From Actinomycetota bacterium (GTDB taxonomy: Bacteria > Actinomycetota > UBA4738), in the NCBI GenBank assembly GCA_005888465.1, contig VAYJ01000060.1:1-41697 (forward strand): DNA of 41,697 nt. Reading direction: 5' to 3'. The position numbers were made by a program, and so were the translations under genes. The notes under the pieces were generated by a model, which searched no databases, was not told the origin of the DNA, and saw only the letters and a program-made list of their open reading frames with translations. This document shows positions 9,508-16,987 of the stretch, in pieces. The first letter of the stretch is position 1. Each line of letters opens with the position of its first letter.

Positions 9508-9696
9508 CTAGAAACCGGCGCGGGTCCGGTCGGGCAGGTCTTGCGCCCCGGCCTTCAGCGCCTCCCAGATCTCCCGGAAGAGCTCGGCCGCATACGCGGG
9601 CGGCTGGCTCCCCTCGCCTCCCATCGCGCCGCGGAGCGCGGTCGCGGTCACCTCGATCGCCTTGTCGAACAACGCCCTGTCGATCTCGCCTGCCAA
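9508..9696 (-). CDS. small hypothetical protein (62 aa)
   Basis: Only the 3' end of the 317-aa track ORF has coding-like composition (AGEIDRALFDKAIEVTATALRGAMGG...). TTG at 9694-9696 lies 6 nt downstream of AAGGAGG. Confidence 0.4.
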   Translation of the reverse strand: MAGEIDRALFDKAIEVTATALRGAMGGEGSQPPAYAAELFREIWEALKAGAQDLPDRTRAGF

Positions 9697-9765
9697 CGTG
9701 CGCCTCCTTGCGTGGACTAAGGCCCTCTCGGCAACGTAGGCTACTGGACCCCGCGCCGCTATGGT

Positions 9766-10671
9766 GTGGTCGTGCTCGTCTCCACCGAGTGGCTCGCCGC
9801 GCACCTGGACGACCCAGGGCTCGTCGTGGTCGACCTTCGCTGGCGGCAGGACGGCTCGGGCCGCGCGCGATACGAGGCCGGGCACGTCCCGGGCGCCCGG
9901 TTCCTCGACTGGACCGCGGACATCGTCGATCCGGATCATCGCGTCGCGTTCATGCTCGCGCCGCCCGATCGGTTCGCGAGCGCGCTCGAGCGGCTGGGGA
10001 TCGGCGACGACACCACGATCGTCGCCTACGCCGACGACCACGGGTCGGGTCCGTACCGGCTCTGGTGGGGCTGCCGCGTCTACGGTCACGACATCGTGCA
10101 CGTGCTGGACGGCGCCTTCGAGAAGTGGACCGCGGAGGGGCGGCCGATCAGCGTCGAGCCCGCATCCGAGCCTCGCGCGGGTGCCCGGTTCGCTTCGGGG
10201 CCGAGCGCTGCCCGCCTCCGCGCGCAGGCCGAGGACGTGGCGGCAGCGGCGACCGACCCGCGGACCGTCGTGCTCGACTCCCGTCCCGCCGAGCAGTACC
10301 GCGGGCTGGCCGTCTGGTTCGAGACCGGCCCGATCGCGGCCGGCACCGACGGGGTCGCCGACACACCACGGGGACGCCTGCGCGCCGGCCACGTGCCGTG
10401 GGCGGAGAACGTGCCGGCCGCCTCGTTGTATCGCCCCGATTTCACGATGAAGGATCCCCAAGAGCTTCGCGAGCTGCTCGGCGGCGCGGGCGTCACGGAC
10501 GGGTGCCGCGCGATCACCTACTGCGGGGTCGGCATCTCGGCGTCGGCGCTCCTCTTCGCGCTCGATCGCGCCGGCGTCACCGACGCCGCGCTCTACGACG
10601 CGTCGTGGGAGGAATGGGGACGGGACCCCTCGCGGCCCGTCGCGCGGGAGGTCAGCTCGACGCGGCCGTGA
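9766..10671 (+). CDS. tandem-rhodanese sulfurtransferase (thiosulfate/3-mercaptopyruvate type)
   Basis: Two rhodanese modules. Motifs are YEAGHVPGARFLDW, the active-site loop YCGVGISAS and YDASWEEWG. Confidence 0.85.
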   Translation: MVVLVSTEWLAAHLDDPGLVVVDLRWRQDGSGRARYEAGHVPGARFLDWTADIVDPDHRVAFMLAPPDRFASALERLGIGDDTTIVAYADDHGSGPYRLWWGCRVYGHDIVHVLDGAFEKWTAEGRPISVEPASEPRAGARFASGPSAARLRAQAEDVAAAATDPRTVVLDSRPAEQYRGLAVWFETGPIAAGTDGVADTPRGRLRAGHVPWAENVPAASLYRPDFTMKDPQELRELLGGAGVTDGCRAITYCGVGISASALLFALDRAGVTDAALYDASWEEWGRDPSRPVAREVSSTRP

Positions 10672-11896
10672 GCGACGCGGCGAGCTGCTTGAGGTCGACG
10701 TCCTCGTCGCGGAGCGCCACCGGATCGACCGGCCGGGCCGCGGCGACGATGCCCATCGCGCGGCGCACGTCCCGGCCCCGGTCCATGCCGGCCACGCCGC
10801 GAACGAGGCCGTCCTTCACATAGAACGCCACGAAGCGACGGTCCCGCAAGCTCCCACGGATCACGAGCTCGTCCCATTCCGTAGCGAAGCCGACGTACTG
10901 GAGGTTCGTGTCGTACTGGTCGGACCAGAACCAGTGCGGGTGCTCGAAGGCGCCGCCCGTGCCCAGCATGCTCTGCGCCGCCGCCACGCCCATCCGAAGC
11001 GCGTTGTCCCAGTGCTCCACCCGCATCCTGCGGCCGAAGAGCGGATGGTCGTGGTTCGCCACGTCACCCGCCGCGTACACGTCCGGGTTCGAGGTGCGCA
11101 GAGTCGCGTCCACCGCCACGCCGTTCGTGAGATCGAGCCCGGATCCATCCACGGCGTCGGTGACCGGCCGGATGCCGACCCCCACCACGACGAAGTCGCA
11201 CCCGAGCTCGAGCCCGGACTGCGTCTGGACTGCCTCGACGCGACCATTCGACCCACGCAGGGCAGCCACCCTCTCCTCGAAGTGGAACCGCACGCCGTGA
11301 TCGCGGTGGATGGCGTCATAGACGGCTGCGATCTCGGGCCCGAGGACCCGCAGGAGCGGCGCCTTCCCGGGATCGACGACATCGACCTCGACGCCGAGCT
11401 GGCGAAGCGACGCGCTCACCTCGCAGCCGATGAAGCCCGAGCCGATCACGACGGCGTGCCGTCCGGAGCGCGCCTCTTCACGGAGCGCATCGGCGTCCTC
11501 GAACGTCCGCAGGCTGTGCACGCCCTCGAGCTCTACCCCCGGCACCGAGAGGCGGCGGTTGCGCCCGCCGGTCGCGATCAGAGCCTTGTCGAAGGCGACC
11601 GCGTCGCCCGTGTCCAGGTGCACGGTCTTTGCCTCGACGTCGACCCGAGTCGCGGTCGTGGCCAGGAGCACCTCGACACCGTTCTCTTCCCACCAACCCT
11701 TGGGCCGCAGGAACGCGCGGTCGCGGGGCACCTCTCCCCGCAGATACTCCTTCGAAAGCGGCGGCCGCTCGTACGGCAGGTGTGGCTCGGCGCCGACCAG
11801 CACGATCCGACCGTCGAACCCCTCGGTGCGAAGGGTCGCGGCGGCGGTCCCGCCCGCCGAGTTCGCCCCCACGACGACGAAGGTCTGTTCGCTCAT
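10652..11896 (-). CDS. FAD/NAD(P)-dependent oxidoreductase (ferredoxin-reductase-type pyridine nucleotide-disulfide family)
   Basis: Has VVVGANSAGG (FAD GxGxxG), VVIGSGFIGCEV (NAD GxGxxG), YAAGDV and PYERPPLSK motifs. ATG at 11894-11896 gives 414 aa. Confidence 0.85.
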   Translation of the reverse strand: MSEQTFVVVGANSAGGTAAATLRTEGFDGRIVLVGAEPHLPYERPPLSKEYLRGEVPRDRAFLRPKGWWEENGVEVLLATTATRVDVEAKTVHLDTGDAVAFDKALIATGGRNRRLSVPGVELEGVHSLRTFEDADALREEARSGRHAVVIGSGFIGCEVSASLRQLGVEVDVVDPGKAPLLRVLGPEIAAVYDAIHRDHGVRFHFEERVAALRGSNGRVEAVQTQSGLELGCDFVVVGVGIRPVTDAVDGSGLDLTNGVAVDATLRTSNPDVYAAGDVANHDHPLFGRRMRVEHWDNALRMGVAAAQSMLGTGGAFEHPHWFWSDQYDTNLQYVGFATEWDELVIRGSLRDRRFVAFYVKDGLVRGVAGMDRGRDVRRAMGIVAAARPVDPVALRDEDVDLKQLAASLTAASS

Positions 11897-11938
11897 CCGT
11901 CCAACTCGCGCACGAGTGTGCCAGACGGACGGGGTAGC

Positions 11939-12160
11939 ATGAACGACGTGACGCCGACCCGGAAGTTCGGTGCGACGGCCGCGCTCTTCGCGCTCGCCCT
12001 CGTGTGCGTGGGCCTCGCGGCGGCAACCCACCGCGTCTGGCCGCTCTTCGTCGCGTGGCTCCCGCTGCTCTCGGTCGCCTGGGTGCTCACCCGGCCCGAG
12101 CCGGGCTCGGCCGGCCCGCCCGAGGCGACCCCGATCGAGGTCGCCTCCGAAGAGTCCTAA
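11939..12160 (+). CDS. small membrane protein (73 aa, two hydrophobic helices)
   Basis: ATG at 11939. The sequence ATAALFALALVCVGLAAA...WPLFVAWLPLLSVAWVL is followed by a Pro/Glu tail. It is the only coding-like part of a 408-aa track ORF. Confidence 0.45.
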   Translation: MNDVTPTRKFGATAALFALALVCVGLAAATHRVWPLFVAWLPLLSVAWVLTRPEPGSAGPPEATPIEVASEES

Positions 12161-12606
12161 CTCTCAGACCCCTTCGCGCTCGACTTCGCCCGCGACTTCG
12201 CCGTGGACTTTTTCTTGGGCGCGGTGACCACTTTCGCCGAGGAGGACTTCGTCGCGGCCTTCGCCGAGGGATGCGTCCGCTTCGCCTCGTCCTCGCTCAG
12301 AACCCGCATCGAGCGCATGGAGCCCTGTGCCTGGGAAAGCAGGCGCTGCCCGGCGGCGGCCGCCGAGAGGCCAGCCTTGACGGCCACCTCCGGTGCGCGG
12401 CGAACGACCTTCCGGGCGATGTCGGGGGCCTGCTCCGCCACCTTGCGCGCCATCGGCGGCCCGTGCTTGGTGACCGCCTCGGCCGCCTGCCGAGCCACCT
12501 TCGGTGCTCGCTCGGCGACCGACTTCGCGATGGGGACCGCCGTCTCGGCCACCTTCTTCGCCACCTTCGATGCCGTGTCGGCCATCTTGCCCATCTGATC
12601 GGGCAT
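12157..12606 (-). CDS. hypothetical protein with 11-residue amphipathic repeats and a Lys/Ser/Ala-rich basic tail
   Basis: ATG at 12604-12606 follows GGAGGAG. 149 aa. It is the 3' part of a 317-aa track ORF whose upstream part is Arg-rich shadow. Confidence 0.7.
   Translation of the reverse strand: MPDQMGKMADTASKVAKKVAETAVPIAKSVAERAPKVARQAAEAVTKHGPPMARKVAEQAPDIARKVVRRAPEVAVKAGLSAAAAGQRLLSQAQGSMRSMRVLSEDEAKRTHPSAKAATKSSSAKVVTAPKKKSTAKSRAKSSAKGSES
12373..12582 (-). repeat. coding tandem 11-mer repeats (consensus AExAPxVARKV, six units, one with a 4-aa insert)
   Basis: The units are ADTASKVAKKV / AETAVPIAKSV / AERAPKVARQA / AEAVTKHGPPMARKV / AEQAPDIARKV / VRRAPEVAVKA, read from the translation. 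Confidence 0.6.
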
Positions 12607-12708
12607 GGCTCCTCCTTCCGTCTCCCGCCTTGCCCACGAGTCTGGACCACGCGCGGGAGAGCGGCAACCTTCCGTCCGGGCCGGCTCGCGGCGTAGGCTT
12701 CGCCTGGC

Positions 12709-13380
12709 ATGAAGGCGGACCGGACGAAGGGGGAGGCGCCGCGAATCCGAGACATGCCGGCGCCCCGTCGCGCGCAGGGCGCGATCGGACCGCTCTTCCA
12801 GCGGGTGTTCGCGTGGCCGTATCGTCTCGCGCTGCACGCGCTCTACCGCGCCGGCGTGCGGCCGTGGCAGCTGACGTTGCTGTCCCTCGCGACGAACGTC
12901 CTCATCGGGGTGCTCCTGATCGCGGGCGATCGCTTCGTGCCCGGGATGCTCCTCATCGTCGCGGGGCTTCTGGACATCTTCGACGGTGGGGTCGCCCGTC
13001 TGCGCGGCGAGGCCGGACCCGCCGGCGCGTTTCTCGATTCGGTGCTCGATCGGGTGTCCGACGCGATCCTGTTCGGCGCGCTCTTCTGGTCCCTCCGGGC
13101 GCAGGGCCACGACCTGGCCGCCGGTCTCTCGCTCGCGAGCCTCGTCGTCTCGCTCCTAGTGAGCCAGGTCCGGGCCGAGGGCGAGGCGATGGGGCTCGCC
13201 CCGACGGAGGGGCTAGTCCAGCGGCTCGAGCGGTACGTGATCCTCATGGTGGCGCTCACCGCGCCCGGCGCGCTCACCCCGGCGCTTGCGGTGCTCGCCG
13301 GCCTCGGCACGGTGACGGTGATCCAGCGAACCGACGCCGTGCTTCGCCAACTCGGCCGCCGCGACCGCAAATCGGAGTGA
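12709..13380 (+). CDS. CDP-alcohol phosphatidyltransferase family protein
   Basis: The sequence DIFDGGVARLRGEAGPAGAFLDSVLDRVSD matches D-x2-DG-x2-AR-x8-G-x3-D-x3-D. It has multiple TM helices. The start could instead be the ATG 15 codons downstream. Confidence 0.85.
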   Translation: MKADRTKGEAPRIRDMPAPRRAQGAIGPLFQRVFAWPYRLALHALYRAGVRPWQLTLLSLATNVLIGVLLIAGDRFVPGMLLIVAGLLDIFDGGVARLRGEAGPAGAFLDSVLDRVSDAILFGALFWSLRAQGHDLAAGLSLASLVVSLLVSQVRAEGEAMGLAPTEGLVQRLERYVILMVALTAPGALTPALAVLAGLGTVTVIQRTDAVLRQLGRRDRKSE

Positions 13381-13435
13381 CAAAAGCAGCCCGGCGGATT
13401 TGACGCGCGGGGCCGCTGCGCAGTACAAACGCGCT

Positions 13436-13475
13436 GGAACTGCTGGGGCCTTCGGGCTCCGGCAGTTCCGTTTCT
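13436..13475 (+). terminator. 15-bp stem / UUCG-tetraloop hairpin followed by GTTTCT
   Basis: GGAACUGCUGGGGCC-UUCG-GGCUCCGGCAGUUCC forms 13 Watson-Crick and 2 G-U pairs on the + strand. These would be C-A mismatches on the - strand. It lies 56 nt after the 13380 stop and 58 nt before the 13527 start. Confidence 0.4.
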
Positions 13476-13526
13476 GGGGCCTTTCGGATTTGCCCCGCGG
13501 GCCGCACGTTCCCCATAATCTGCCGC

Positions 13527-15125
13527 ATGGTAGAGAGCATCCGCGAGGGTCTCCGCGGCAAGCGCATCCTCCTCACCGGCGTCACGGGCTTCCTGGGCAT
13601 GGCTCTGTTCGAGCGACTGCTCGCGGACGTGCCCGACACGGAGATCGTGGTCCTCGCCCGAGGGCGCTACGGCAGCCCGGCCGAGGACCGCATCCGCGAG
13701 CTCGTCACGCGTTCCGGGTTCAACACGCTCCGCGAGCGGATCGGCGACGAGGGGATCCGCGGAGCGCTGGCGGAGCGGGTGACGACCGTCGAAGGCGACG
13801 TGGCCGAGGACCTTCCCTCGTTCCCCGATGGCATCGACGTCGTGTTCCACTGCGCGGCGACGGTCTCGTTCGACTCCCCGGTCGACCTCGCGTTCGCGAT
13901 CAACGTGACCGGCGCCCGTCGCCTCTACGAGGCGGTGCTCGCCTCGGGGAGCCGCCCCCACCTGGTGCACGTCTCGACGGCGTACGTGGCCGGGCTCACG
14001 AAGGGCGTCGTGGCCGAGGAGCCACTCGGGCATCGGATCGACTGGCGCGTCGAGGCCGACGCGGCCGCCGCCGCGAAGCGGTCGGTCGAGGACGCCTCGC
14101 GCCGGCCCGAGATGCTGGATGCCTTCGTCGCGAAGGCGACGGCCCTGCACGGCCGCGCCGGCCCTCAGGAGGTGGCCGCCGACACCGAGGAGCGCCGCCG
14201 GGACTGGGTGGCACGCCGGCTCGTCCAGTACGGCCGGGCTCGCGCGCAGGCCCTGGGGTGGCCGGACGTCTACACGTTCTCCAAGGCGCTCGGCGAACGG
14301 GCGACGGAGGAGCTCGCCCAGGAGGCGGGCGTGCCGCTCTCGGTGGTTCGCCCCGCGATCGTGGAGAGCGCGCTCGAGCACCCCTACCCAGGGTGGATCG
14401 AGGGCTTCAAGATGGCCGAGCCCATCATCCTGGCGTACGGGCGCGGCGCGATCCCCGAGTTCCCGGCGATCCCCGAGGGGATCCTCGACATCATCCCAGT
14501 GGACCTGGTGGTGAACGCGATGCTCGCCGTCGCGGTCGCCGTGCCGCCCGTGGAGGCGCCCGGCTACTACCACGTGTGCTCGGGCTCGCGGAACCCGCTC
14601 ACCTTCCACAGGCTGTACGAGCTGGTCCGCGAGTACTTCCGGCAGCATCCGCTGCCCGAGCGGGGCCGCGGCGAGATCCGCGTCCCCGAGTGGGAGTTTC
14701 CCGGCCGTCGCCGGGTCGAGGCGAAGCTCCGCGCCGGCGAGCGGCTGCTCGATCGCGCCGACTGGGTCGTGCGGCGGCTGCCGCGCTCCGGTCGTGTGCG
14801 GGAGTTGGTCCGACGCCTGGATCGCGAGCGCGGGCGCGTGGACTTCATCCGTCGCTACGCCGACCTCTACGGCGCCTACACCGAGCTCGAGGTCATCTAC
14901 ACGGATGCCAGAGCGCTCGAGCTGCACCGGTCGCTCATCCCCGAAGATCGGCGCGACTTTCCGTTCGACGCTACTACCTGCAGGAGGTGCACTGCCCCAC
15001 GGTCACGCTCGCCATGCGCTTCCCCGCCCCCGCGCGGCCCGAACCGGAGGTTCGCGTCCGGCCGAGCAACAACGGCGCGCTGGCGGTGTTCGACATGGAG
15101 GGCACGCTCCTTGACTCGAACGTGA
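13527..15125 (+). CDS. fatty acyl-CoA/ACP reductase (SDR, NAD_binding_4 'male sterility' type); the last about 50 codons look off-frame
   Basis: Has ILLTGVTGFLG (Rossmann), STAYVAG and YTFSKALGE (YxxxK) motifs. The coding-like sequence stops at ...EDRRDFPFDA (about 14970) and is followed by Arg/Cys/Ser-rich text. Confidence 0.8.
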   Translation: MVESIREGLRGKRILLTGVTGFLGMALFERLLADVPDTEIVVLARGRYGSPAEDRIRELVTRSGFNTLRERIGDEGIRGALAERVTTVEGDVAEDLPSFPDGIDVVFHCAATVSFDSPVDLAFAINVTGARRLYEAVLASGSRPHLVHVSTAYVAGLTKGVVAEEPLGHRIDWRVEADAAAAAKRSVEDASRRPEMLDAFVAKATALHGRAGPQEVAADTEERRRDWVARRLVQYGRARAQALGWPDVYTFSKALGERATEELAQEAGVPLSVVRPAIVESALEHPYPGWIEGFKMAEPIILAYGRGAIPEFPAIPEGILDIIPVDLVVNAMLAVAVAVPPVEAPGYYHVCSGSRNPLTFHRLYELVREYFRQHPLPERGRGEIRVPEWEFPGRRRVEAKLRAGERLLDRADWVVRRLPRSGRVRELVRRLDRERGRVDFIRRYADLYGAYTELEVIYTDARALELHRSLIPEDRRDFPFDATTCRRCTAPRSRSPCASPPPRGPNRRFASGRATTARWRCSTWRARSLTRT

Positions 15126-15778
15126 TCGAGTCCTACCTCTGGCTCCGGCTGGCCGAGCTGCCGCCAGAGCGCTGGCCGGGCGAGGTGGCGGCGATCGCCC
15201 GCCGGCTGCCGCGCTACCTCTCAGCGGAGCGGCGCGACCGGGGCGAGTTCCTTCGTGCCTTCTACCGCCGGTACGCGGGCGCGTCCACCGAGGGCATCGA
15301 TCGCCTCATGGACGACCAGGTCGGGGAGCTCGTGCTGCAGCGCCTGTCACCGGCCGCGATCCGGCGCATCCGCGAGCATCGGACGGCGGGTCACCGGACC
15401 GTCCTCATCACCGGCGCGCTCGAGTGCTTCGTGCGCCCGCTCCGGCCGCTCTTCGACGAGGTGCTCGCGACGCGCCTAGGCGCGTCCGACGGCCGCCTCA
15501 GCGGTCGACTCTCCACCCCTCCGGTCGTGGGCGAGGCGCGGGCGAACTGGCTGCGACAGTACGCGGCCGGTCAGGGCGCCGACCTCAAAGCGTCATACGG
15601 CTACGCGGACAGCCACTCCGACCTGCCGATGCTCCGCGCGGTCGGCAACCCCGTCGCGGTGAACCCCGACGTGGCGCTCTACCGTGTCGCCCGCAAGCGC
15701 CGCTGGCCGATCGAGGACTGGCGAAGGACGAACGGCACCCCGCGGATCCTCATCCCGGAACCTGTGGTGAGCCGGTGA
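15014..15778 (+). CDS. HAD-IB family hydrolase (phosphoserine-phosphatase-like); the frame is open and coding-like from about 14969
   Basis: Has FDMEGTLL (motif I), VLITGAL (motif II) and YADSHSDLPML (motif IV). ATG at 15014 is the first Met. The same frame upstream reads RRYYLQEVHCPTVTLA. Confidence 0.8.
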   Translation: MRFPAPARPEPEVRVRPSNNGALAVFDMEGTLLDSNVIESYLWLRLAELPPERWPGEVAAIARRLPRYLSAERRDRGEFLRAFYRRYAGASTEGIDRLMDDQVGELVLQRLSPAAIRRIREHRTAGHRTVLITGALECFVRPLRPLFDEVLATRLGASDGRLSGRLSTPPVVGEARANWLRQYAAGQGADLKASYGYADSHSDLPMLRAVGNPVAVNPDVALYRVARKRRWPIEDWRRTNGTPRILIPEPVVSR

Positions 15779-16974
15779 TCGCGCTCGAGCTGTACCGATC
15801 GGCGACGCGCTACGCCGCGGCCCGGATCGTGGGGGACCGCGTGCCGGGCCTGGTGGCCGGGCCGCTCGCGCCGCTTCGGCTGGTGAACCGCGAGGAGCCG
15901 GCCGTCCCGGCAACAGGGTGGGCCCGCGTCCAGCCACGACTCTCGGGGATCTGCGGCTCGGACCTCGCGACGCTCTCCGGGCGAGCTTCGTTCTACTTCT
16001 CCCCGCTCGTGTCCATGCCGTTCGTCCCGGGGCACGAAGTGGTTGGCGACCTCTACGACGACCTCGAGGACCTCCCGGCGGGGACGCGCGTGGTGCTCGA
16101 GCCGGTGCTCTCGTGCGCGGCCCGCGGGCTGGAGCCGTGCCCGTCCTGCGCGAGCGGCCAGACCGGCCGGTGCGACCGTATCACGGTTGGGCACGTGGCC
16201 CCCGGGCTGCAGACGGGCTACTGCGCCGACACCGGCGGCGGGTGGGGACGGATGCTGGTCGCGCATCGGTCGCAGCTCGTGCCCGTGCCCGATTCGATGA
16301 CCGACACGCGCGCCGTCCTGGTGGAGCCCCTCGCGTGCGCGATCCACGCCGTGCGGCGCGCCCGCATCGAACCTGGTGCGTCCGTGCTCGTCGTGGGCGC
16401 GGGAACCGTCGGACTCCTCACGACGCTCGCGCTCCGCGAACACAGCGCGGCCGGCGAGGTGCTGGTGGTCGCCAAGCACGCTCGGCAGCGCGAGTGGGCC
16501 CGGCTCTTCGGCGCGAGCGACGTGGTGGCTGCTGGCGATGCCGTCACCGAGCTTCGGCGCGCCACCCATGCCTACAGGCTCCGCCCCGAGCGGGGCAGCG
16601 CGTATCTCCTGGGCGGGGTCGACACGAGCTTCGACTGCGTCGGCTCGCGGGCCTCACTCGACCTGGCGCTGCGAACGACCCAAGCCGGCGGGCGCGTGGT
16701 CCTGGCGGGGATGCCCGCCCCCGGCGCCGATCTGTCGCCGGTCTGGTTCCGGGAGCTGGAGCTCTTCGGCGCCTACACCGCCGGCGTGGAGCTCACCGAC
16801 GACGGGCCCGTCCCGACGTTCGATCTGGCGATCGACCTCGCCGCCGAAGCGCCCCTCGAGGGCATGGTGGGCGCCACCTATCCACTCGCCCGCTGGCGAG
16901 AGGCGCTCGACCACGCGTTCGGCGCGGGGCGGCTCGGCACGGTCAAGGTCGCGTTCGACCCGAGAGAGGACTAG
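15775..16974 (+). CDS. Zn-dependent alcohol dehydrogenase (MDR family, threonine/sorbitol-DH-like)
   Basis: Has GICGSDL, PGHEVVG, CPSCASGQTGRC (structural-Zn Cys cluster) and VVGAGTVGL motifs. GTG at 15775 overlaps the upstream TGA (GTGA). Confidence 0.85.
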   Translation: MIALELYRSATRYAAARIVGDRVPGLVAGPLAPLRLVNREEPAVPATGWARVQPRLSGICGSDLATLSGRASFYFSPLVSMPFVPGHEVVGDLYDDLEDLPAGTRVVLEPVLSCAARGLEPCPSCASGQTGRCDRITVGHVAPGLQTGYCADTGGGWGRMLVAHRSQLVPVPDSMTDTRAVLVEPLACAIHAVRRARIEPGASVLVVGAGTVGLLTTLALREHSAAGEVLVVAKHARQREWARLFGASDVVAAGDAVTELRRATHAYRLRPERGSAYLLGGVDTSFDCVGSRASLDLALRTTQAGGRVVLAGMPAPGADLSPVWFRELELFGAYTAGVELTDDGPVPTFDLAIDLAAEAPLEGMVGATYPLARWREALDHAFGAGRLGTVKVAFDPRED

Positions 16975-16987
16975 AGGAGAGGATCCC

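Noticed and set aside
12843-14927. 694-aa ORF on the minus strand
   Set aside because: It is a typical high-GC shadow ORF, antisense to the CDP-alcohol transferase and reductase genes. It has no recognisable motif and a skewed Arg/Pro/Gly/His composition.
13400-14968. The first about 520 codons of the 792-aa ORF 13400..15778 (+)
   Set aside because: It is the off-frame shadow of the reductase gene and is Arg/Gly/Pro-rich. Only the last about 270 codons (the HAD-IB domain) look coding.
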